Assembly (NCBI GenBank): GCA_020852175.1
Contig: JADZBH010000066.1
Location: forward strand, 18,208 to 82,207
Length of the DNA: 64,000 nucleotides
Direction of reading: 5' to 3'
From: Bryobacterales bacterium
GTDB lineage: Bacteria > Acidobacteriota > Terriglobia > Bryobacterales > Bryobacteraceae
Shown: piece by piece, positions 56,250 to 64,000 of the stretch
How the letters are laid out: every line of letters begins with the position of its first letter
Position numbering within the stretch: the stretch's first letter is position 1
Notes under the pieces: generated by a model
What the model saw: only the letters and a program-made list of their open reading frames with translations
Told to the model about the DNA's origin: nothing
The model's database searches: none
Position numbers and translations under genes: made by a program

Positions 56250-57358
56250 AGTTTGAAGAAGATCTTTCGGCGGTAAAGCCAGACGCACACATAGATTTGG
56301 AAGGCGACGGCGGCGCACGAGGCCAGAGCCTTGCCCCAGGCGCCCCACCATTCGATGGGCCACAAAAGCAGGGCGGCCGCGGCCCGTTCCATCCAGCCGT
56401 GCAGCATCTCGTGGAACAGGTAGATAAAGATCGAGTTCGCGCCCACGATGGCTCCGATCCGGGCCCAGCGGCGAATCTGGCGCACATCGCACAGGTAATA
56501 AAACGCGGCCAATACCCAGAGCGTAATCCCCGTGCTGGCCAGAGCGAACGAGGCGGTCCAAATCTTCTTGTTGATCGGGATAAACGGGTTCAATACAAGC
56601 CCGGCCACCAGGGCGGCAGCGCCCCACCCGGCCAGCGTACGTAGTTTGGCGCCGTCGGTGCGTGTGCTCTTCAGCAGCCATCCGGCCATGACCCCGAAAA
56701 TTGTGTTGGCGACCGAGGAGACGCAATTGATGGTGGCGTAACCGCCGCCCCAATGGCGCCCCAGCAGTACGCCGTCAAGCCAGTAGCCGGGGTTGGCATT
56801 GCTGTCGTAGGGTCCAGTGATCCCATCGGCGTGGATGAAGTTGTAGAACCCCCAGTGAAGGGTGAGCAGGGCCAGGGCAAGTCCGGCCTGGGCGCGCCAG
56901 CCGCGATGGAGCACAAGGTAGGCGGCCAGGTAGGTGAAGGAGAGTTGGCCGAGGACGTTGATCAGGTCGGGGTTGGGGCGTCCCGCGCTGATGGAGCGCG
57001 CCACCATGCCCCACAGCAGGAGCAGGGCGCACCGTCTCAGGACGTGCCGGAACAGTTCGCCATCGCTGGCGCCTTCGGCACGGCGTTTGTCAAAGGCCCA
57101 CGGCATGGCGGCGCCGACAATGAACATGAAGAAGGGCTGGATGAGGTCCCAGGCGTTGAAACCGTGCCAGACGGCATGGGTGAACTGGAACTGGAGGGGG
57201 GCGATCCAGGGGATGTCCCTCAGATGGTGCAGGCCGAAGCCATTGGAAAACATCCAGATCATCGTGAAGCCCCGGAACGCGTCGATCGAGAAGACGCGGG
57301 CAGTGGCCGGAAGCGGGGGAGCCGGAGAAGCCGAAGGCGGTGAGGCGACAGCAGCCAT
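56246..57358 (-). CDS. Polytopic membrane acyltransferase, HGSNAT-like (heparan-alpha-glucosaminide N-acetyltransferase / DUF5009-DUF1624 type)
   Basis: N-terminal RVFSIDAFRGFTMIWMF motif typical of the family, followed by about 10 hydrophobic segments (..QPFFMFIVGAAMPWAF..). ATGA coupling to the downstream sulfatase. Confidence 0.7.
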   Translation of the reverse strand: MAAVASPPSASPAPPLPATARVFSIDAFRGFTMIWMFSNGFGLHHLRDIPWIAPLQFQFTHAVWHGFNAWDLIQPFFMFIVGAAMPWAFDKRRAEGASDGELFRHVLRRCALLLLWGMVARSISAGRPNPDLINVLGQLSFTYLAAYLVLHRGWRAQAGLALALLTLHWGFYNFIHADGITGPYDSNANPGYWLDGVLLGRHWGGGYATINCVSSVANTIFGVMAGWLLKSTRTDGAKLRTLAGWGAAALVAGLVLNPFIPINKKIWTASFALASTGITLWVLAAFYYLCDVRQIRRWARIGAIVGANSIFIYLFHEMLHGWMERAAAALLLWPIEWWGAWGKALASCAAVAFQIYVCVWLYRRKIFFKL

Positions 57359-57497
57359 CGAACGGCATTATATAAGGCTGGAGCGGGAAGGGGGCTTCCA
57401 GCGGGGACCGCCGGGGTCTTCCGGCCTAAACCTTTCCCTTGGGACTGCCGATAGTCCAGTGAGTTTAGGACGGGAGACTACCGTGGAAACGCAACTG

Positions 57498-59921
57498 ATG
57501 TATGTAATCAGCATCGTACTGGGCGTGGCATTCGGCTACTTCATCGCCAATATGATGTTTCGGAACGAACGGAACGGCTTGGTTGCCCAGGGCCAACAGG
57601 CTGGCGAAGCCGAGCGGGCGAAGCTTTCCGATCAGGTGAAGCAGCAGGAACTGCGCGTGGCCGAGATCGAGAAGGAACGCGAGCAGGAGCGCACCGAGCT
57701 AGAGCAGTTGCGGGATCAGAACGAAAAATTGAAAATTCTTCACAGCGAGGCCGGGGAGCGTGTGGCCGAGGCGCGGCGTGCCGCCGACGAATACTGGCAG
57801 CAGGTGGTGGCCGAGGTGAAGCAGGCGGCGGGCGGCGATGGCATCGTGGCTGTGGAGAGCACCCGGCAGATCGAGGAGCGCGTGAACGTGGCCGCGGCTG
57901 AGGCCAGGCGAGAGACCGAGGAGCAGTGGCGGAGGTCTCTGGATGCCGCGGCAGCCGAGAACGAGCAGCAAAGAGAGGACGCCGTGGCGGCGGCCCGCCG
58001 CGAGGCCGGGGAGCAGATGGAAACGGCCCTCCGGGCGGCGCGCGAAGAGGCAGCCGCGGAGTGGCGGCAGACCGTCGACGATGCGCGGAACCAGGCGGCG
58101 CTGGCGGTAAGTGCGCCGGATCACGCAATACGGGTAGAGGAAATCGAAAGCCTGCGGCGGGAGTTGGAAGAGGTCCGCCGGCAGGCCGGAGCCAGTGTGT
58201 TGCAGGCCGTGGCCGAGGCACGGGAGGAAGCGGCGGCGGAATGGGGCCCCGTGGTGGAGGCGGCGCGCGGTGAAGCGGCACAGCGGGCTCAGCTCGATGC
58301 CGCCGCGGCCATGCAGCGGGAAGAGGAGCAGTGGCAGCGGGCCGTGGCCGAGGCCCGGCAGCAGGCCGAGGAACAGTGGCAGCAGGCGCTCGCCGAAGCA
58401 CGGCGGCAGGCTGAGTTTGAGCGGGAGCAGGCGGCCGAACAGGGCATGTCCGCCGCAGCCAGAATCGCCACGATGAACGAAGAGTTGAAAGCAGTGCGCG
58501 CTCAGGTGGAGGAGTTGCAGTCGGCCCAGGCGAGCAGACGGGAGGAACCGGTTCAGGCAGCCTTGCCGGAACCAACCCTGGCAACCTTGCCGGAGACAGC
58601 ACCGGCGGCCATACCCGAAGCGATGCTGGAATCCTTCCGTACGGTGGCTGCCGAGGCCTTGCAGGCGAACAACCAGAAGTTCCTGGATCTGGCGCGTGTG
58701 GCTTTGGAGCGGATTCAGGAGACAGCGCAGCCGCAGCCGGCCGGCTATTCCAGCACCGTGAACGAGTTAATCAAGCCGATTTGCGAAACGCTGGCACGCG
58801 TGGACTCCAATCTCGGACAGTTTGAGAAGGAGCGCCAGGATACGCTGGCGAACCTCACCGAGATGGTGTCGGGGCTGATCGAACAGGGCAAGGACCTACG
58901 ACGGGAAACATCGGGGCTGGCGCGCGCCTTGCACCCGGCGGCGTCGCGAGGCCGTTGGAGCGAAGTTCAGTTGCGGCGTGTCGCCGAACTGGCTGGCATG
59001 ATCGAGCACTGCGACTACGACGGCGTCGTGGACGATGCCGGCGGGCGGAACGAAATGGTGGTACACCTGCCAAACCATCGCGACATCGTGGTGGACGCCA
59101 ATGTTTCGCTGTCGGCCTATCTGGAGTCTCTCGAAACCGGCGACGAGGCCCTGCGTGCATCTAAGCTGCGCGAGCATGCCGGGATGGTCAGGGCGCACCT
59201 GGAGCACTTGGCCAGCCCGGTTTACTGGAGCCGCTTCTCCTCCGCGCCCGAATTTGTCGTTGCCTTCATGCCGAGCGAATCCGTCTTCAGCGCGGCCCTG
59301 GAGCATGATCCCGCTCTGGTCGAATTCGGCGCCGAAAACCGCGTCATCCCGGCGACCCCAACCACGTTGATTGCTCTCTTGAAGGCCACTGCCTACGGCT
59401 GGCGCCAGCAGCAGCTTGCCGACAACGCCAACACGGTCCGCGAGTTGGGCAGGACCCTCCACGACCGGCTGATTGCCTTCACCGCCCACATGGAGGATTT
59501 GCGCCGGAGTTTGGAACGTAGTGTCGACGCCTACAACCGCGGCGCCGCCTCGCTCGAGGCCCGGGTGCTGGTGAGCGCACGCAAGTTCCAGGAGCTTGCC
59601 GGCATCGAATCGCCGGAACTCCCGTTTCTCGATCCCGTGGAGTCGCTGCCCCGTTCGCTTCAGGCGCTGGACAGCGCTACCAGCAACGATACGGCTCATT
59701 TGGCGATACTCGCCGCCGCCGGAGCCTCGGCCAGTGACGCGGGTTCCCCACCCCAGAAGTCCGATCCGGAGGTGCCCGTGATCGAACTCCCCATCGTGCC
59801 TGCCTCCGCCCCGGTCATCGTGAGCGAACCGAGAGTGGTGAGCGAAGCCAACGTGGTGAGCGAACCCCGCGTGGTAAGCCAGCCGACCTTTGTCGACGAA
59901 GTGCAGCCTGTGACGCGCTGA
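57498..59921 (+). CDS. rmuC: DNA recombination protein RmuC with a greatly extended N-terminal repeat/coiled-coil region
   Basis: Track ORF 56934..59921. ATG 57498 gives the TM anchor MYVISIVLGVAFGYFIANMMF. C-terminal RmuC nuclease-like domain (VVHLPNHRDIVVDANVSLSAY..FVVAFMPSESVFSAALEHDPALVEFGAENRVIPATPTTLIALLKA). The upstream part of the track ORF is antisense to the acyltransferase gene. Confidence 0.85.
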   Translation: MYVISIVLGVAFGYFIANMMFRNERNGLVAQGQQAGEAERAKLSDQVKQQELRVAEIEKEREQERTELEQLRDQNEKLKILHSEAGERVAEARRAADEYWQQVVAEVKQAAGGDGIVAVESTRQIEERVNVAAAEARRETEEQWRRSLDAAAAENEQQREDAVAAARREAGEQMETALRAAREEAAAEWRQTVDDARNQAALAVSAPDHAIRVEEIESLRRELEEVRRQAGASVLQAVAEAREEAAAEWGPVVEAARGEAAQRAQLDAAAAMQREEEQWQRAVAEARQQAEEQWQQALAEARRQAEFEREQAAEQGMSAAARIATMNEELKAVRAQVEELQSAQASRREEPVQAALPEPTLATLPETAPAAIPEAMLESFRTVAAEALQANNQKFLDLARVALERIQETAQPQPAGYSSTVNELIKPICETLARVDSNLGQFEKERQDTLANLTEMVSGLIEQGKDLRRETSGLARALHPAASRGRWSEVQLRRVAELAGMIEHCDYDGVVDDAGGRNEMVVHLPNHRDIVVDANVSLSAYLESLETGDEALRASKLREHAGMVRAHLEHLASPVYWSRFSSAPEFVVAFMPSESVFSAALEHDPALVEFGAENRVIPATPTTLIALLKATAYGWRQQQLADNANTVRELGRTLHDRLIAFTAHMEDLRRSLERSVDAYNRGAASLEARVLVSARKFQELAGIESPELPFLDPVESLPRSLQALDSATSNDTAHLAILAAAGASASDAGSPPQKSDPEVPVIELPIVPASAPVIVSEPRVVSEANVVSEPRVVSQPTFVDEVQPVTR
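59817..59888 (+). repeat. Four tandem 18-bp units inside the rmuC 3' end (encode I/VVSEPR-like hexapeptides)
   Basis: atcgtgagcgaaccgaga / gtggtgagcgaagccaac / gtggtgagcgaaccccgc / gtggtaagccagccgacc, read directly from the sequence. Protein: IVSEPR VVSEAN VVSEPR VVSQPT. Confidence 0.8.
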
Positions 59922-59989
59922 GCGCGCCATGGATCGCTTTCTACCCGGCTATGCAGGCGATGTAAAAGCAATGTAAAAGACTGCAAACC

Positions 59990-60004
59990 AGGCAACCCTC
60001 TTGC
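59990..60004 (+). promoter_or_regulatory. Sigma54-like -24/-12 element candidate (aGGCAaccctcTTGC) upstream of the BON gene
   Basis: The GG and GC dinucleotides have the canonical spacing of TGGCAC-N5-TTGC. GGCA and TTGC match the consensus. The element lies 39 nt upstream of ATG 60043. Motif match only. Confidence 0.3.
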
Positions 60005-60042
60005 GTTGCGCCACATCCTACCCGGTGGAAGGAGTGACCAAG

Positions 60043-60561
60043 ATGAAAAAGAGTCTGATGGGTTTGGCCATTGCGATGCTGCTGGCCGCGCCTTCGATGT
60101 TTGGCGCGGTGAATGCGGATAAGGTCCGCAAGGAACTGGTGACGCTTCCTTTCTACAGCATCTTCGACAACTTCAGTTTCCGCGTGGACGGCTCGACGGT
60201 CACGCTGATGGGCTCGGTAACGCGGCCCACCTTGAAGAGTTCCGCCGAAAATGTGACCGCCAGGGTGGAAGGCGTGGAACATGTGGTGAACCAGATTGAG
60301 GTTTTGCCCCTGTCTCCGGCCGATGACCGGATTCGTTGGCGGATGGCGCGCGCTATCTACGGCCAGACGGCTCTGAACCGCTACGCCCTGGGGGCGCAGC
60401 CGTCCATCCGGATCATCGTGAAGAACGGTGACGTGCGGTTGGAAGGCATTGTGGGCACGGAAATGGACCGGAACATAGCGTTTCTTGCCGCCAACGGCGT
60501 GCCTGGAGTGTTCACGGTGGAGAACCATCTGCGAGTGGAACGCGGAAGGTCAGTGAGCTAA
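60043..60561 (+). CDS. Periplasmic BON-domain protein (two BON domains, OsmY-like)
   Basis: Track ORF 60001..60561. GGAAGGAG lies 8 nt before ATG 60043, giving the signal MKKSLMGLAIAMLLAAPSMFGA. Two BON-like units (VDGSTVTLMGSVTRPTLK.. and VKNGDVRLEGIVGTEMDR..). Confidence 0.8.
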   Translation: MKKSLMGLAIAMLLAAPSMFGAVNADKVRKELVTLPFYSIFDNFSFRVDGSTVTLMGSVTRPTLKSSAENVTARVEGVEHVVNQIEVLPLSPADDRIRWRMARAIYGQTALNRYALGAQPSIRIIVKNGDVRLEGIVGTEMDRNIAFLAANGVPGVFTVENHLRVERGRSVS

Positions 60562-60583
60562 TTACAGATCCACGGTTCGAATC

Positions 60584-60614
60584 GGGGCGGACGCAAGTCC
60601 GCCCCATTTTCATT
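60584..60614 (+). terminator. Rho-independent terminator after the BON gene
   Basis: 9-bp GC-rich stem GGGGCGGAC / GTCCGCCCC with a GCAA tetraloop, followed by ATTTTCATTT. Confidence 0.7.
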
Positions 60615-60676
60615 TGGGAGGGCGCCGCGCCGAACCGTTGACAGGAGAGGAGTGGCGTGGGACAAAATAAGGTCCC

Positions 60677-61558
60677 ATGGAGATCTTTGTGACAGGAGCC
60701 ACTGGCTACATCGGCGGCGCGGTCAGCCGAATCCTCCTGGAGAAGGGGCATACGGTCAGCGGACTGGCCAGGAGCGAGGAGGCAGCCGCGAAATTGGGCG
60801 CGTCGGGCGTCATGCCGGTGCGTGGCGGCCTGGACGACACTGGCGCGCTGGCGGAGGCGGCGGCTCGGTCCGATGCAACGGTCCACGCGGCCATGCAGTG
60901 GGGAGAGGAGGCGGGGGCGCGCGATGAGCGCACAGTGGCCACGCTTATCCGGGCGCTATCTGGAAGCGACAAGCCGCTGGTGTATACGAGCGGCGTCTGG
61001 CTGATGGGGGATACGCAGGGGCGTGTGGCGGGCGAAATGTTTCCGGTGCGGCCTCCCGCCATGTTGTCCTGGAGACCGGCGGTGGAACGCACCGTACAGG
61101 ATGCCAGACAGTATGGCGTGCGTGGCGTGGTGCTCCGTCCGGCCATGGTGTACGGGCGGGGCGGCGGCCTGCTCGGAATGATGTTACGCCAGGCGCGGGA
61201 GCGCGGGGTGCTCCAACTGCCCGGCACCGGCGAGAACCATTGGAGCTTCGTTCATGTGGACGATCTGGCCGCGCTCTACCATTTGGCCCTCGATCGCGCG
61301 GCGGCCGGAACGCTCTACCTGGCCGCGCATGGAACGGCGGTCGCGGCGCGGACCGTGGCGGAGATGGCGGCAAAGGCGGCGGGCGCGCCCGCGCGCGTCG
61401 AGTTTGTTTCCGTGGACACGGCGCGGGCGACAATGGGGACGATGGCCGATTGCCTGGTTCTCGATCAGAAGATTTTGAGCACGAAAGCCGCGCGCGAACT
61501 GGGGTGGAAGCCTTGTGGTCCTGGCGTGCTGCAGGCGCTGGCGGCCGGCACGGCGTGA
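60677..61558 (+). CDS. NAD-dependent epimerase/dehydratase (extended SDR)
   Basis: Rossmann motif MEIFVTGATGYIGGAV. About 290 aa, SDR-like throughout. Confidence 0.8.
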   Translation: MEIFVTGATGYIGGAVSRILLEKGHTVSGLARSEEAAAKLGASGVMPVRGGLDDTGALAEAAARSDATVHAAMQWGEEAGARDERTVATLIRALSGSDKPLVYTSGVWLMGDTQGRVAGEMFPVRPPAMLSWRPAVERTVQDARQYGVRGVVLRPAMVYGRGGGLLGMMLRQARERGVLQLPGTGENHWSFVHVDDLAALYHLALDRAAAGTLYLAAHGTAVAARTVAEMAAKAAGAPARVEFVSVDTARATMGTMADCLVLDQKILSTKAARELGWKPCGPGVLQALAAGTA

Positions 61559-62508
61559 AAATCGGCATCGATGCAACGCCACTGGCGGCGGGCTCGGAGG
61601 GCTTGCCGCCGCGGGGCGGCATCGCGAGATACACGTCGCAGTTGCGCGACGCCCTGCGGCGTGAGGTTCCAGCCGACTCCGTGGAGGAGTTCACCGATCA
61701 GGGCGTGGCTCTCGGACGCCTCAAGAGGAATTGGTGGAGCATCGGCCTGCCGCTGGCTCTGCACCAGCGAGGGGTGCAAGTGTTCCATGGCACCGATTTT
61801 TCCGTGCCCTACCTGCCTGTATGCGCCAGCGTGTTGACCATTCACGACCTGTCGCCCTGGCGGGCCGAATATCAGGCTGTAACCAGTCCGCGCGTGCGGC
61901 AGCGAACGCCGCGGCTGGTTTCTCTTGGCATGGCGACTCTGGTGGTGACGCCCACCGAGGCTGTGCGGCGCGAGGTGCTGGAGCACTTCCGCCTGCATGA
62001 AACCCGGGTGCGCGTGACGCCTTTGGGTGTCTCCTTGCAGCCGACTGGCGAGGCCAAGCAGGACTTTGCCCTCGTGGTGGGCGCGGGCCTTCGCAAGAAC
62101 ATCGAGAGGGCGCGCGAGGCGGCCGCTGGTGTGGCCCCGCTTCGCGTGGTGGATCACGACGTCAGCGACCGGGAGTTGGCATCGCTCTACACACGCGCGC
62201 GTGTCCTGCTGATTCCATCGCACTACGAGGGATTCGGACTGCCGGCCATCGAGGCCATGGCCTGCGGCACTCCGGTGATCGCCTCCGCGGACGCGGCCCT
62301 GCGCGAGGTGTGCGGCGGCGCGGCGTTGCACGTGGCTGCCGGCGATGGACGCGGATGGCGCGAGGCGTTGGCCGCGGTGTGGAACCAACAGGACAGGGCG
62401 CGCGCCATGGCCGAATCCGGCTCGCGGCGGGCGCTGGAGTTCAGTTGGGAGCGTACCGCGCGCGAAACGCGCTTGGCGTATGAAGAAGCGATGAGGCTGC
62501 ATGCCTAG
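61555..62508 (+). CDS. Glycosyltransferase family 1 (GT4-like)
   Basis: Track ORF 61240..62508. The in-frame GTG 61555 overlaps the upstream stop (GTGA) and gives VKIGIDATPL. C-terminal GT1 motif SHYEGFGLPAIEAMACGTPVIAS. Confidence 0.8.
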   Translation: MKIGIDATPLAAGSEGLPPRGGIARYTSQLRDALRREVPADSVEEFTDQGVALGRLKRNWWSIGLPLALHQRGVQVFHGTDFSVPYLPVCASVLTIHDLSPWRAEYQAVTSPRVRQRTPRLVSLGMATLVVTPTEAVRREVLEHFRLHETRVRVTPLGVSLQPTGEAKQDFALVVGAGLRKNIERAREAAAGVAPLRVVDHDVSDRELASLYTRARVLLIPSHYEGFGLPAIEAMACGTPVIASADAALREVCGGAALHVAAGDGRGWREALAAVWNQQDRARAMAESGSRRALEFSWERTARETRLAYEEAMRLHA

Positions 62509-63676
62509 GCCGCGCGCCCTGCTGCTTTCGCCCGAGGCGCCGTACCCGTTGTGGGGAGGCGGCGCCCTGCGCACGGCGTCGGTGCTGCGGTATCTGGCCG
62601 GACGCTACGCGTTGGACGTCGTCCTGTTCCGCGAACCTGGAGCAGGCGATCCGGCGGCGGCGCTGCCCGAGGGTCTGGCGGAACGGACACAGGTGATCGG
62701 TCTGCCGTTTCATGCCAGGACACTGCCGGCGCGCCTCCGCCGCAATGCCTTCCGCCTGTTGCGCGGCGTTCCGCCGCTGTGGGACCGCTTCTCCGGCTTC
62801 GACCGCGACGTGTCGGGTTGTGTCCAGGGTTGCCGCTACGAGGTGGCGGTGATCGAGCATCTCTGGTGCGCTCACTACGAGCGCGTCTTGCGGCCGGTGG
62901 CAGGACGCGTCGTGCTGAACCTGCACAATATCGAATCGGCGCTTCACAGGCGGTTCGGCACGGCCGAAGGAGGCGCCACACGGTGGGCGCACGAGCGGTT
63001 CGCCCGGGCCTATGAGCGCATCGAGCGGGAGTGGCTGCCCCGTTTCGATCTGGTACTGGCCGCTTCCGAAACCGACGCGCTCGGGCTGCCCGGCTGCCAT
63101 GCCGCCGTGTATCCGAACACCCTTCCGCACCACCCACGCCCCCCACGTGCCGGGGAAGGCGCCGCGGTAGTGTTCAGCGGCAACATGGAATACCATCCAA
63201 ACGTGCAGGCCGTACGATGGTTCGCGAGGGAGATCTGGCCGCGTGTGCGGCGCGCTGTTCCCGGTGCGGAATGGGTGCTGGTGGGGAAGAACGAACATAT
63301 GGTGCGGGACCTGGTGCGCGGCGTCCAAGGCGTACGCTGCACGGGCATGGTGGAGGATGCCGTGGCGGAACTGGCGCGGGCGCATGTTGCCGTGGTGCCT
63401 CTACTGAGTGGGTCCGGCACACGGTTGAAAATACTGGAGGCCTGGGCGGCTGGCACGCCCGTAGTCTCAACCCGGTTGGGCGCTGAAGGGTTAGGCGAAC
63501 CGGATGAGTTACCGGTGTCGCTGGCGGACAAACCGGACGAATTTTCAGCGAAAGTCGTGCGACTGCTGCAAAACCCGGGAGAAGCAAGTGAACTGGGGAC
63601 GGCGGGGCGGCGGCGTTTCGAGCGTTCTTTTACATGGGAGTCCGCCTGGAAGGTATTGGCTGGGGTGGGGTTATGA
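62501..63676 (+). CDS. Glycosyltransferase family 1 (GT4-like)
   Basis: 8-nt overlap with the upstream GT gene. PYPLWGGGALR N-terminal motif and C-terminal GSGTRLKILEAWAAGTPVVST. Confidence 0.8.
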   Translation: MPRPRALLLSPEAPYPLWGGGALRTASVLRYLAGRYALDVVLFREPGAGDPAAALPEGLAERTQVIGLPFHARTLPARLRRNAFRLLRGVPPLWDRFSGFDRDVSGCVQGCRYEVAVIEHLWCAHYERVLRPVAGRVVLNLHNIESALHRRFGTAEGGATRWAHERFARAYERIEREWLPRFDLVLAASETDALGLPGCHAAVYPNTLPHHPRPPRAGEGAAVVFSGNMEYHPNVQAVRWFAREIWPRVRRAVPGAEWVLVGKNEHMVRDLVRGVQGVRCTGMVEDAVAELARAHVAVVPLLSGSGTRLKILEAWAAGTPVVSTRLGAEGLGEPDELPVSLADKPDEFSAKVVRLLQNPGEASELGTAGRRRFERSFTWESAWKVLAGVGL

Positions 63677-63758
63677 CTATACTAGAGAGAATGTGCGAGG
63701 CTGTGTCCTCATGTTGGGTGGCGGACAGGTCTTAGCACACAGGGCGAGAACAGATTGA

Positions 63759-64000
63759 ATGCGCATTTCCGTCGATGCACACGCTGTCGGGCGCAAGTTA
63801 ACGGGGAACGAGGTCTATATCCGCAGCCTCTTGAATGAGGCTGCCGCGCTGGACTCAGGCCACGAGTTGATTGCCTATGTGTCCGAACCCGGCGCGGACA
63901 AGCAGTTGGACAGCCGGATTCAATGCTGGCAGGTCTCTCGCAACCCTTTCAAACGTTTGGGCTGGGATCTGCGGCGCCAGTTGCTGCGGGATCGCCCCGA
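63759..64000 (+). CDS. Glycosyltransferase family 1, N-terminal fragment running off the right window edge
   Basis: Manual translation from ATG 63759: MRISVDAHAVGRKLTGNEVYIRSLLNEAAALDSGHELIAYV.., which is typical of a GT4 N-terminal domain. No stop codon in the window. Confidence 0.65.
   Translation, partial: MRISVDAHAVGRKLTGNEVYIRSLLNEAAALDSGHELIAYVSEPGADKQLDSRIQCWQVSRNPFKRLGWDLRRQLLRDRP

Noticed and set aside
56250-56753. N-terminal extensions of track ORFs: sulfatase 54816..56753, RmuC 56934..57497, GT 61240..61554, GH2 29798..29944, ThuA 22576..22686
   Set aside because: The extensions overlap neighbouring genes or have non-coding-like composition. Internal starts are supported by RBS motifs, signal peptides or ATGA/GTGA coupling.
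57498-60561. RmuC plus a neighbouring small gene as an anti-phage defence island
   Set aside because: RmuC is a widespread housekeeping-type gene. The neighbours are a BON-domain periplasmic protein and EPS genes. No other defence hallmarks (restriction-modification, ATPase-nuclease pairs, TIR, Cas, toxin-antitoxin) are visible.

Overview
GC-rich, densely coding 64-kb chromosomal window. It is probably from an Acidobacteriota genome (Solibacter/Bryobacter-like). That assignment is an inference from four TonB-dependent transporters with CarboxypepD_reg-type N-termini and from the heavy use of twin-arginine leaders. About 47 kb (1..47312) is a patchwork of complex-glycan utilisation operons. 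These encode sulfatases, an esterase-propeller fusion, a 12-Asp-box double propeller, a GH33 sialidase and an AGE-family epimerase. They also encode an AgaS-like SIS protein plus a PfkB kinase, an LmbE deacetylase, GH42 and two GH2-like enzymes, and DeoR, GntR and ROK regulators. The right part holds metH, an FHA-GAF-PP2C phosphatase, a sulfatase-sulfatase-HGSNAT-like acetyltransferase operon, rmuC, a BON-domain gene and the start of a glycosyltransferase cluster. There is one tRNA-Thr(UGU). I saw no rRNA, CRISPR array, transposase, integrase or phage genes. Many long ORFs in the track are antisense artefacts of the high GC content, and several real genes start well inside their track ORF; I re-placed those starts using RBS, signal-peptide and gene-overlap evidence. 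The best candidate for an undescribed system is the mirror-symmetric GntR-controlled locus at 18991..35954. It combines an exported tandem-ThuA protein, a Tat-exported Gfo/Idh/MocA oxidoreductase and two paralogous xylose-isomerase-like TIM-barrel proteins with classical glycoside hydrolases and a TonB-dependent transporter. This suggests a 3-keto (oxidation/elimination) glycoside-cleavage route. Other leads are an HGSNAT-like/sulfatase operon resembling lysosomal heparan-sulfate processing, a Tat-exported M19-like protein lacking three of five metal ligands, a sialidase cluster without a lyase, and an atypical PFK. All functional calls come from reading motifs by eye; no database search was run.
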